Shown here in pieces: positions 9,040 through 17,189 of a stretch of DNA of 64,000 nucleotides. The position numbers were made by a program, and so were the translations under genes. Numbering within the stretch: position 1 is the stretch's first letter; every line of letters begins with the position of its first letter. The notes beneath the pieces are model-generated. The model searched no databases and was not told the DNA's origin. It saw only the letters and a program-made list of their open reading frames with translations. Source of the DNA: Candidatus Bathyarchaeota archaeon (lineage in GTDB: Archaea; Thermoproteota; Bathyarchaeia; 40CM-2-53-6); NCBI GenBank assembly GCA_963726255.1, contig CAVSBL010000002.1, positions 1,540,122 to 1,604,121 on the forward strand, in the 5' to 3' direction.

Positions 9040-9447
9040 ATTCGAGATGAGGTGGGATCGAACTCACGATATCTCCTTCGAAGAAATCTTGACTGCGTAA
9101 GTACATCAGAACTCATAGTCATCAACCTACTTTCTCAGAACGACCAAGCGTCTCAGCAGGTGGGTCCGACCCCAGTCATGCGCGGCTTCCTTCTTGCCGT
9201 AGCCAATCAAAGTATGATTTGAGCCAGTAATGAGACTAGAGTAAGACTCTCTACCGCCTCTCGGTTTGACCTGTAGGAAACGCGATCAATATTGAGGGCC
9301 GTGGGCTCTGAGGAGAATGCTCCCCGTGACAAGGCTCCAGGTGGCGACGCTGCCAACTTGGACCAAGGCGAGAATCTTGGATTGATAAACTGCAAAGGTC
9401 AAAGCAAACCCCCCGCTTCTGTCGCCTCACTGCATTCGTCCTTCTAG
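9040..9447. repeat. Element R2: paralogue of R1, with an extra ~100-nt insert
   Basis: 9128-9170 and 9276-9357 align to R1. The R1-equivalent frame is interrupted by TGA 9220 and TAG 9274. Lies in a 540-nt gene-free gap. Confidence 0.5.
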
Positions 9448-9476
9448 CCCAAGGAGTTTCTCATGGCCGAACAAGA

Positions 9477-9707
9477 CTATTCTAAGACGATTGTTGTAAC
9501 GGTGGAACGGACGCCGGGAAGTCGCCGTATCTTCCATGTGATGATCTCTTTCAACCCATCCATCGAATCAGCTTCAACTTTTGCAATCATGTCGTAGATA
9601 CCGTAAGTTCGGTGGCAGTCCTTCACATTCGGAAGCTTCCGAACTTCTTTGAGCACCTCCTCTTCCGAACCCGGCTCAACGTTGACCAAAACATAGGAAA
9701 CAGACAT
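9477..9707 (-). CDS. Stand-alone Lrp/AsnC-type ligand-binding (RAM) domain protein
   Basis: 76 aa. YVLVNVEPGSEEEVLKEVRKLPNV...YGIYDMIAKVE...IRRLPGV is typical of small AsnC C-terminal domain proteins. Confidence 0.75.
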   Translation of the reverse strand: MSVSYVLVNVEPGSEEEVLKEVRKLPNVKDCHRTYGIYDMIAKVEADSMDGLKEIITWKIRRLPGVRSTVTTIVLE

Positions 9708-10148
9708 AACAGAACCTCATCAAGCACCTCCAAAGTACGGGTAAAAGCCTTCCCTATGAGTGAATTATAGACGGCACGTGATGTCCAGAATTGTTTCGCA
9801 ACCTCGCTCCCGAAAAGTTTCAGTTCATCCAATTGTCGGTCGGGTTCGAAACTCATTATGAATAACTGAACTCCAGCGTCTCGGAACAATTCTAACTGTC
9901 GTCGAACATCCTCCGGATCACCGTAGACGACCATCTCTCGCAGCATATGTTCCGGAACGCCCTTGTATCTCGTCGCGATTCGCTGTTCTAGCGCATGGGG
10001 AAAAGGTGACGATAGCGGCTTTGATTTCCTCTGCTCCGAGCTGTTTGTCTATGAGCGTCTTCAAGTTGACCCTCTCACCCTCAAAGATACCGCCAACCGT
10101 ATCTTCAGAAGGAGCTCCGCCCAGTTTGATCGCTTTAAACATCATCAT
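9623..10148 (-). pseudogene. LLM-class (luciferase-like) flavin/F420 oxidoreductase, C-terminal remnant with frameshift
   Basis: Frame B gives HMLREMVVYGDPEDVRRQLELFRDAGVQLFIMSF...LKLFGSEVAKQF, an LLM C-terminus. The upstream part is in another frame, switching at the TTTTCCCC run near 9975-9985. The N-terminal ~200 aa are missing and the tail runs into the Lrp gene. Confidence 0.45.
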
Positions 10149-10187
10149 GCCTTGCCTATGCTATCGGCTGGGCTAGCCTCTTAATCT

Positions 10188-10221
10188 TGTGTGTGCGCAG
10201 CATCAGAACCAAGCACAGAAG
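10188..10221 (+). repeat. Bipartite motif copy A: (GT)n-GTGCGC-N15-CACAGAAG
   Basis: TTGTGTGTGCGCAGCATCAGAACCAAGCACAGAAG. TGTGC/GCACA can pair. Confidence 0.5.
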
Positions 10222-10333
10222 CAACGATTATTAGAATTACGATGCGCGCATACACAAGGAATGTCAGTTCGGCATCAATATTATGGAGACTCATTAAACA
10301 AAATGCTCACTCTTCCTTTAGAGATGCATGTGA

Positions 10334-11458
10334 ATGAATTTCTACGTCACATTAACGACGAACTGCAATCTGAGATGCAAGTACTGTTATGAGAAATCCT
10401 GCGAGGATTTCGGAAGCGATTTCCATGGTCTCGCCATAGACTACTCAATTCCCTCTTCTGTAGCGTATGGAATTGACGTATTGCGGAATTTTCTGGAACA
10501 AGATAATGATCCAGTTGTCATATTCTATGGAGGCGAGCCTCTCCTTCAGATGAAAAGGCTGAAAGAAACGATGGATGCTGTCCCGAACGCTCACTTCATC
10601 ATCCAGACCAATGGTCTAATGCTAGATAGATTGGACTCAAACTATCTGAATAGGCTTGAATCGATTTTCGTCTCTCTCGATGGTGACGAAGCGTTAACTG
10701 ACTACTACCGGGGAAGAGGCACATACAGGAGGGTGGAGGATAATGTGAAGAGAGTTCGTGAACTTGGGTTTCGAGGCGAAATTGTCGCTAGGATGACAGT
10801 CGCTGAAGCGACTGAGATTGACACGCAGGTCTTGGCGTTGATCAACAGAGACACGCTGCCGATTTCGTCTGTCCATTGGCAGTTGGACGCATTGTTCTGG
10901 CAGAACGATTATCCGAAACGTCGATTCTTTGAGTGGGCTGGGCAAAGCTACAATCCACGGCTAAGAAAACTGATTTCTGCTTGGGTCGAACACATGAGAA
11001 ATGCTGGAGAGGTGTGGCGTCTGTACCCATTCGTTGGGGTCATGCATTCAATGCTTAACGGTGAGTCAAGTCCTCTTCGATGCGGAGCCGGATGGTGCGT
11101 ATTCAACATACAAACCGACGGCAACATTACCCCATGCCCGGTCATGGCGGGCATGAAGGACTTCTACCTAGGCCACATCAGTAACGCCTCCAGCAAAAGC
11201 CTGAAAGATACCGTGTTCGTATCTGAACCATGTACATCATGTAAGTTCATCACAATATGCGGTGGCCGTTGCCTCTACGCGAATGTTACTCGACTCTGGG
11301 GAAATGAAGGATTCAATCAGGTCTGTGGCACGGTCGTAAACATGATAGAAGCACTCTACGATGCGGTCCCACAGATCAAATCACTAATAGAAACCGGTAG
11401 GGTTCAACTGAAAGACTTCGAGTACCCCAGATACAATGGTTGCGAAATAATTCCTTGA
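10334..11458 (+). CDS. Radical SAM/SPASM-domain protein (putative peptide-modifying maturase)
   Basis: CNLRCKYC radical SAM motif. Full SPASM signature: CGAGWCVFNIQTDGNITPC (G-x4-C) and CTSCKFITICGGRC (CX2CX5CX3C). Confidence 0.85.
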   Translation: MNFYVTLTTNCNLRCKYCYEKSCEDFGSDFHGLAIDYSIPSSVAYGIDVLRNFLEQDNDPVVIFYGGEPLLQMKRLKETMDAVPNAHFIIQTNGLMLDRLDSNYLNRLESIFVSLDGDEALTDYYRGRGTYRRVEDNVKRVRELGFRGEIVARMTVAEATEIDTQVLALINRDTLPISSVHWQLDALFWQNDYPKRRFFEWAGQSYNPRLRKLISAWVEHMRNAGEVWRLYPFVGVMHSMLNGESSPLRCGAGWCVFNIQTDGNITPCPVMAGMKDFYLGHISNASSKSLKDTVFVSEPCTSCKFITICGGRCLYANVTRLWGNEGFNQVCGTVVNMIEALYDAVPQIKSLIETGRVQLKDFEYPRYNGCEIIP

Positions 11459-11493
11459 CGTGTTTGATTGTTTCCTTGGAACTCCCCGACAGT

Positions 11494-11530
11494 TTGTGTG
11501 TGTGCGCCAGCATTCCCGCACAACCAGAAG
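11494..11530 (+). repeat. Bipartite motif copy B: (TG)n-GTGCGC-N11-CACAACCAG
   Basis: TTGTGTGTGTGCGCCAGCATTCCCGCACAACCAGAAG. TGTGCG/CGCACA pair. Lies between the convergent SPASM and pmbA stops. Confidence 0.5.
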
Positions 11531-11556
11531 TTGTCCGCGCAATTCCATAAGCCGCA

Positions 11557-12903
11557 TCAGGCGGGGCCGGAGATCTGAACGCCGTCGAATCTAATGTAAG
11601 GAGCAACGCATCCTAATGAGGAGCCCGAAACCACTTCCGGATTGTCCGAGATTCCTGAAATCCTCTGGAGGAGGCCCAATGCAGTTCCACTAAACGTTCC
11701 GCCCACAATCCCTTCGCCCAATTCGCCATTCTTGATTTCCTGCGCGTTTCGGATTTCTGATCCGAATCGGGTAGTGATTTCATCAGGGTTGAGCCATGCT
11801 GGGTGGTAGATCAGTAAGCCGTCCTTCACATCACGAATCAGTTCTTCTAGGCTTTCAGTTCCAGGTTTGATGTATAGGTTGGTGGTCGAGTTCTCGGGGG
11901 GAACTTGGTACCGTTCGTCCGCGTCAGCTCCGAACCCGGCGCGAATACCGTTGCCAGTTGGCTTCGATCCCATTGTCTGCGCATGGAGTTGGTCGTAGAT
12001 GTAATTCTTGAAGAAGCCCTTCTCAATGATCGTGGTCTTCTGTTGAGGTTGCCCTTCGTCATCGAATGGGTTCGTGCGGAGGCCGTACGGGTAGAGGCCA
12101 TCATCAACAATGGTCAATTGATCGGATGCGACCCTGTCGCCCTTCTTGAATCGGGACAGGGTCTGTTTGACTGCCTCTGCACTTGCGTGGAAGCCAACAG
12201 TTGGGAGAAATGTGTCACAAACGAGAGTGGGGGCAAAGATGACGGTTGTCTGCTTGGTCTTTGGCGGATGGCGTTTCAGGCTGCTCTTAGCGATGCTTAG
12301 CCACTCAGGGATGATTTTGTCAGGGGCCAGATCGGCGAGTCTGCACGCGTGGCGTGTAGGCCAGAATTCAGTTACGTTGCTGCCGCCGCCAACCTTCAAT
12401 GTCATCTCAACGTAAAGATGTGTGCCAGTCGACTCGTATGAGAGTCCGCGACTATTCAATATCTGATTCTCAACGACGTATGTGCGGACTTTGCCGAAGG
12501 TTAGAGTGATGTCCTTCTCATTTGAGATCAGTGACTGAACTGTCTCAGCATAGTCCTTTGCCACCTTCTCCTTGTTGTCCTTGATCTTGATGTCCACTGT
12601 CTTGGTTGTTGGAAGTTTTTTCTTGTTGGGGAGTTCGAAGAAGGGGGAGCGGTTCTGTTTGGCAAGATCGTGCGCTCTTTTGGCGGTTGCCTCCACCGCC
12701 TCCTCGGAGTTGCAGGACGCAAAACCGACTCCAGCGCCATCGTCTCGTGGAATTATCACTCGAACTCCATATCCTGTGTTTTCCTGTCGGATTGAGGCTT
12801 CTCTCTGATGTCCTCTCAGATGGAGGTCCGTTCTCTTCGAGTGTTGTATGAAGACTTCCCATTGAGCTCTTGTTGCTCTGTCGAGAACTTGGCGTATGTT
12901 CAT
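11557..12903 (-). CDS. pmbA: PmbA/TldE family metalloprotease subunit
   Basis: TldD/PmbA (peptidase U62) fold-like sequence. ATG at 12903 overlaps the tldD TGA (ATGA). The track ORF start at 13164 would lie inside tldD. Confidence 0.8.
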   Translation of the reverse strand: MNIRQVLDRATRAQWEVFIQHSKRTDLHLRGHQREASIRQENTGYGVRVIIPRDDGAGVGFASCNSEEAVEATAKRAHDLAKQNRSPFFELPNKKKLPTTKTVDIKIKDNKEKVAKDYAETVQSLISNEKDITLTFGKVRTYVVENQILNSRGLSYESTGTHLYVEMTLKVGGGSNVTEFWPTRHACRLADLAPDKIIPEWLSIAKSSLKRHPPKTKQTTVIFAPTLVCDTFLPTVGFHASAEAVKQTLSRFKKGDRVASDQLTIVDDGLYPYGLRTNPFDDEGQPQQKTTIIEKGFFKNYIYDQLHAQTMGSKPTGNGIRAGFGADADERYQVPPENSTTNLYIKPGTESLEELIRDVKDGLLIYHPAWLNPDEITTRFGSEIRNAQEIKNGELGEGIVGGTFSGTALGLLQRISGISDNPEVVSGSSLGCVAPYIRFDGVQISGPA

Positions 12904-14294
12904 GCGATCACCGCCTTGGTTCTCCACCATGTTCCGCCGGCTCCTACTGGAACATAGTCTTCCGTTCCTTTTCCACAGGTCCCAGGGTCCACGAAGAACC
13001 CTTCTTTGCTGACCGCGTCTACGTTTCCGAGCACCTCTAGGACTCGCCCAGTCAGGGTTACTGACTTGAGCGGTTTCGTTTTCTCCCCGTTCTCGATAAG
13101 GAACCCTTTCTTGGAGGTTACCTGCATTCCTCCTCCTAAGGGGTCCTCGATACCGTACTGCCATCGCATCATCATGACGCCGTTCCTGGTTTCTTTGATG
13201 ATTTCATCGATGCTCCAATCGCCTGGTTTCGAGTAGGTGTTGCTCATTCTGATGAAGCGTCTTCGTAATGCATTCTGGGTCCTCGAACTCGCGGTCAATT
13301 GCGCATTCATGGCCGCGCTGGTTTCAACATCGTGTAGAAAGCTGACGAGCATCCCTTTCTCTACCAATGTGTTCTTTTTGGCTGGGGCACCGTCGTCATC
13401 GAACTGGTAGCTTCCCCATCCCCGCTTGAGGGATGAGTCCTCGTAGATGGTTACGATGTCTGAGGCAACTTTCTTTCCCAGCAGATCCTTGAGGTATGAG
13501 CGCCCTCTGATCGCTTGATCGGCCTCCAGGCCATGGCCGAAGGACTCATGACAAACTGTACCCACCGTCCCTGGGTCAATGATCACGTTCTGAGGCCCCG
13601 CCGGTGGCGTCACAGCCTTAAGCTGTAGCAGGGCACCTTCAACAGTCTCCTTCACCATTTCCTGCGTGAGGTTCTCCACAACCTCATAGCCCATGGTGCC
13701 ACCAGATGAGAGTATGTCGTAATCGGTCACATCGTTTTCCTTGACGATAACCTGTATCGAGATTCTCGTTCGAGGAATGCGTTGCCTTGCAAATGTGCCG
13801 TGGGAAGATACGAGCGCTCTCTGCAACCCTATTTCGGAATAGTAGACTTCAACGTCAAGGACTCTGGAGTCCATCCCCTTTGCGAGACTGTAGAGTTCTC
13901 GAATCCTCTGCAACTTATCTTCAAGCGCAACCTCGCCCGCGTCCATAGCCACCGGAGTCTTCACATCGAGCTTGATGGGGTCAGGCAGAAACAAGCGAGT
14001 CTTTGCCTTTGAACCAGACCGTTTTGCATTCACGGACTGCGCGAGTTTACGTATCGTTGGGAGATCTGCCTTGTTGGACTCTGAGTAGACCCATCCATTG
14101 TCGGTGAATGCTCTAAAGGAAACGCCTTGAATGGAGCTTGACCCTATCGTTTCTCGGTCCTTGTTCTTTCTGATTAGAAGTTGGTTTTGCCAATCATAAA
14201 GACCATCAGAATAGGGCAGGCTTAATCTCTTTAGTGTCTGCTGAATATCGCCCATCACTCGGTCGGATTCACTAAGGCCGCTCAAGCCAACCAC
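12900..14294 (-). CDS. tldD: TldD family metalloprotease
   Basis: HESFGHGLEAD (HExxxH) and overall TldD similarity. Translationally coupled to pmbA. Confidence 0.9.
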   Translation of the reverse strand: MVGLSGLSESDRVMGDIQQTLKRLSLPYSDGLYDWQNQLLIRKNKDRETIGSSSIQGVSFRAFTDNGWVYSESNKADLPTIRKLAQSVNAKRSGSKAKTRLFLPDPIKLDVKTPVAMDAGEVALEDKLQRIRELYSLAKGMDSRVLDVEVYYSEIGLQRALVSSHGTFARQRIPRTRISIQVIVKENDVTDYDILSSGGTMGYEVVENLTQEMVKETVEGALLQLKAVTPPAGPQNVIIDPGTVGTVCHESFGHGLEADQAIRGRSYLKDLLGKKVASDIVTIYEDSSLKRGWGSYQFDDDGAPAKKNTLVEKGMLVSFLHDVETSAAMNAQLTASSRTQNALRRRFIRMSNTYSKPGDWSIDEIIKETRNGVMMMRWQYGIEDPLGGGMQVTSKKGFLIENGEKTKPLKSVTLTGRVLEVLGNVDAVSKEGFFVDPGTCGKGTEDYVPVGAGGTWWRTKAVIA

Positions 14295-14392
14295 GACACC
14301 AAGTCAAAAAGTCACACGCAAAACGCAGATTAAAGTCAACCCTTGCAGAAGGCTCTGAGCCGAAGCGTTAGTCGTAAAGACGTATAGGACCA

Positions 14393-15763
14393 GTGTTTCA
14401 GCAGATGGAACGACGCAACTCGACTGCGCTGGTAATGATCCTAGCTATCCTCATTGCTTTGACGCCAGCCACCAGCATCCCAATAACTCAAGTATCGGTG
14501 TTTGCGGTCCAATCAAACGATCAGTATATTCTCGTCGGAGGCCAGAATGGAACGTGGTTTCGGCCTGGTCAGGCTCCTAGACTGTACCGAATGTTCCTAT
14601 CAGATCACTCATTGACCCCGGTAGCTTCTCTTCCAAGTTTTGGCGTAGTATGGACTGGGAGTTGGAATGGTTCGCAATGGTTGATCTCAGGCTGGGGGAT
14701 CACTCCCGGCGCGCATGGGTCTAACCCGTATATCTACCTCTATGACGGGCAGAGCCAGATTATGGCAGGAACTCTGTACTTGTGGACAGCGCAAGCGTCT
14801 TGGCATGGAGGAGACGTATTCGCGGCCAGCTACAATGGTAGCGAATGGTTGCTCTCTGGTCTGGGTAGTGATTGGTTACCGTCAGGTTGGGGATCCCCAT
14901 CAACAGGCAAACCGAGGAATCATATGGCGTTGGCATTGTTCGACGGCTACAACTTCACTGATCTTTCCGCCGATGTACCCAATCAGTGGGATGCAGTGCT
15001 CTTTGCGAACGCTTGGAATGGGCACTATTGGCTCGTGGGTGGGGGATGGCAGGGGAACGAAGGTGTGCTTTATCGCTATGACGGAGCCAACTTCACTGAC
15101 CTCTCATCCCAGCTGGAGTCCGCAATGTGGCAGATGGGTAGGCAGTTTCATTCTGTTCAGGCGATTGAGTGGAACGGCGACTACTGGCTCGTTGGCGGAG
15201 TAGGTTTCTTAGCGAAGTATGACGGACAGAACTTCACTGACCTCACGCCTGAGCTGAATGCAGCTCTTGACCCCAGACACTCTCTGAACTACACATCATG
15301 CTGCAACGCTGTGAACGCGTTCGCCTGGGATGGAGTCTCGTGGCAAATAGGGGGAGGTCCCCCTGTAGGCACTCCTGAACCGCTCACCGCATGGGCATCA
15401 TCGTATGACGGTGTAAGATTTACCGACCTCACTTCGCTTATTCCATCCTACATTGCGAGCGCTCCTCACGGTTCGAGTATACTCACTATCACCTATGCGA
15501 ATGGCTCTTGGTTCTTTGGAGGATACGCTAACGACAGAGGCTTCTTGCTCTCCTATGCGAACTCTGCCATGACTGACTTTTCTGAAATGATCAAAGATAC
15601 CATGACTGTTGTGAACTGGGTTGGGGGTTGGCCTGAGTCTCGCGAGACTCTGTCGAATCCGATCGGTGCGTTCGGGAACTATGTCATTGCGACAATTGCC
15701 ATCATTATGATTGCAACGGCGTTAGCGATCAGATACAGGAAGCATAACCGCCGAAGAGGTTAA
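14393..15763 (+). CDS. Secreted repeat (beta-propeller-like) surface protein with C-terminal TM anchor
   Basis: N-terminal hydrophobic signal. About 6-7 repeats of NG(S/x)xW(L/F)(I/V/L)xGG ... YDGxNFTDL(S/T). C-terminal TM followed by RYRKHNRRRG. Confidence 0.7.
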   Translation: MFQQMERRNSTALVMILAILIALTPATSIPITQVSVFAVQSNDQYILVGGQNGTWFRPGQAPRLYRMFLSDHSLTPVASLPSFGVVWTGSWNGSQWLISGWGITPGAHGSNPYIYLYDGQSQIMAGTLYLWTAQASWHGGDVFAASYNGSEWLLSGLGSDWLPSGWGSPSTGKPRNHMALALFDGYNFTDLSADVPNQWDAVLFANAWNGHYWLVGGGWQGNEGVLYRYDGANFTDLSSQLESAMWQMGRQFHSVQAIEWNGDYWLVGGVGFLAKYDGQNFTDLTPELNAALDPRHSLNYTSCCNAVNAFAWDGVSWQIGGGPPVGTPEPLTAWASSYDGVRFTDLTSLIPSYIASAPHGSSILTITYANGSWFFGGYANDRGFLLSYANSAMTDFSEMIKDTMTVVNWVGGWPESRETLSNPIGAFGNYVIATIAIIMIATALAIRYRKHNRRRG

Positions 15764-15898
15764 CTTAGCTTCGATCAAGTTGGGGAATGTTGCCATTGAA
15801 GCTTGCCAAGAAACCGTCGAATCCAGACCAGTAGAGCTAGGATGAATTCCATTGTAGTATGTCTCGGTTCAGAGTTCCCTGCAATAGTCCCATATGCA

Positions 15899-16957
15899 CT
15901 ACGGGCGTGCTTCAAAGACTCTGTTGAAGGGCGTCTGGGTTGCTCTCCTGAATTGTTTGAAGCCTCCACGGATGGCTATTTCCTGCAGTTTCGAATCGCC
16001 TGCTTGAGCACCTACTGCGAGCCCTACTTCCTGCGCTAGAGAGGAGGGAACGCAGATCATTGAAGAGGCATTGTAGAATATTCGCCCAACTGGATTGAGG
16101 TTCTCTTCCACATGTTCATTTGAGTAGGGCTCAACGATCATCCACGCACCATCCGGCTTTAGCGATTGATGAACGTGCTTTGCCGCGCCTACAGGATCGC
16201 CCATGTCGTGCAGACAATCGAAGAAGGTGACAAGATCGAACTCCTTCCTAGGATAGTCTTTCGCGAGCGCTACCTCGAAGGTCGTGTTGCGAGATACATT
16301 CTCAGTCACTGCAACGTTCCTGGCCCACTCGATTGATTCCAAATGATAGTCGTACCCAATGAAACGCGATTTTGGAAAGGCTTTTGCCATAATGATCGTA
16401 GATGATCCATAGCCGCATCCGACATCTGCGACAAGTGCTCCAGCCTTGAGTTTCTCGACAACGCCCTCAAGGCTTGGAAGCCAGGAACTAATTAGGTTGG
16501 TAAGATAGCTGGGGCGGAAAAATTTGTGCGTGCCTAGGAATAGATCGTTGTGGTGTTCGTGCCAGCCAAGGCCCTTCCCAGTCCGGAAGGCGTCAGCGAG
16601 TTTGCTCCTATCCTTGTAAATTGAGGAGATTATGTAGAAGGCCCCTGGAATGTAGATAGGGCTGTCCTCATTAGCGAGCGTAAATGCTTGCTCGGACGTC
16701 ATCATATACTTTCCAGTTGGAGCATCGTAATTCACATAGCCTCCCGCGGCTTGACCAGCGAGCCATTCGCGAATGTAACGTTCGGCCGTACTTGTGTTCT
16801 TCGCAAGTTCCACCGGCGTCATGGGTCCGTGAGCTGATAATGCCTTGTAAAGCCCTAGTTGCTCGCCGATTAATATCGCGGGTCCCTGCATGGATGCGCC
16901 CAATTCCGTTGCGAACCTTCCTACGATTTCATTCAACTTATCCTGATTAACAGTCAA
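15899..16957 (-). CDS. Class I SAM-dependent methyltransferase with N-terminal winged-helix-like domain
   Basis: VADVGCGYGSSTII (motif I), FDLVTFFDCLHDMGDP. 352 aa. Confidence 0.8.
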   Translation of the reverse strand: MTVNQDKLNEIVGRFATELGASMQGPAILIGEQLGLYKALSAHGPMTPVELAKNTSTAERYIREWLAGQAAGGYVNYDAPTGKYMMTSEQAFTLANEDSPIYIPGAFYIISSIYKDRSKLADAFRTGKGLGWHEHHNDLFLGTHKFFRPSYLTNLISSWLPSLEGVVEKLKAGALVADVGCGYGSSTIIMAKAFPKSRFIGYDYHLESIEWARNVAVTENVSRNTTFEVALAKDYPRKEFDLVTFFDCLHDMGDPVGAAKHVHQSLKPDGAWMIVEPYSNEHVEENLNPVGRIFYNASSMICVPSSLAQEVGLAVGAQAGDSKLQEIAIRGGFKQFRRATQTPFNRVFEARP

Positions 16958-16991
16958 AACTTCACGTGTCCTGAAAGGATTATGACCTACG

Positions 16992-17002
16992 TTATATAAA
17001 AA
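16992..17002. promoter_or_regulatory. TATA-like box (TTATATAAAAA), possibly bidirectional
   Basis: AT-rich box about 35-45 nt upstream of the methyltransferase start (16957, minus). It is palindromic enough to face the plus strand too. Confidence 0.35.
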
Positions 17003-17128
17003 CGAACGCGCGATGATTCTATGCGTGCTTTTCCACGAAGTGAACGAACCCGTGCGAATCTAAGACCTTCCAATGAAGGACAGCGAGGAAGCGCATTCGA
17101 ATTTCATCGGTCGTCGTTCGGTCAATTT

Positions 17129-17159
17129 CATGTGTGTGTGCGCGCACCAGCACACAAAC
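17129..17159 (+). repeat. Bipartite motif copy C1: (TG)n-GTGCGC-N7-CACACAAAC
   Basis: CATGTGTGTGTGCGCGCACCAGCACACAAAC. 18-nt alternating purine/pyrimidine tract. TGTGTGC/GCACACA pair. Confidence 0.5.
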
Positions 17160-17165
17160 TATTCC

Positions 17166-17179
17166 ACCCCCTAGGGGGT
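17166..17179. repeat. Perfect 14-bp palindrome ACCCCCTAGGGGGT
   Basis: Read directly from the sequence. Lies between motif copies C1 and C2. Confidence 0.6.
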
Positions 17180-17189
17180 ACCAGCAAGC

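Noticed and set aside
9045-9075. tRNA-like T-arm on the minus strand (GTGAGTTCGATCCCAC) in the 8937-9476 gap
   Set aside because: The flanking stem does not pair (GTGAG versus CCCAC/CCACC). No acceptor, D or anticodon arms can be built from the neighbouring sequence. At most it is a decayed fragment.
9185-9205. GAAGGAAGC on the minus strand, resembling the SRP RNA helix 8 GGAAGGAAGCAGC motif
   Set aside because: No GNAR tetraloop closing stem, no matching 3' strand and no Alu-domain features. The R1 paralogue lacks this segment entirely.
10189-10392. 67-codon ORF overlapping the radical SAM/SPASM start, considered as a precursor peptide
   Set aside because: It overlaps the maturase by 58 nt in another frame and begins inside motif copy A. 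The 31-codon ATGA-coupled ORF is the better, though still weak, candidate.
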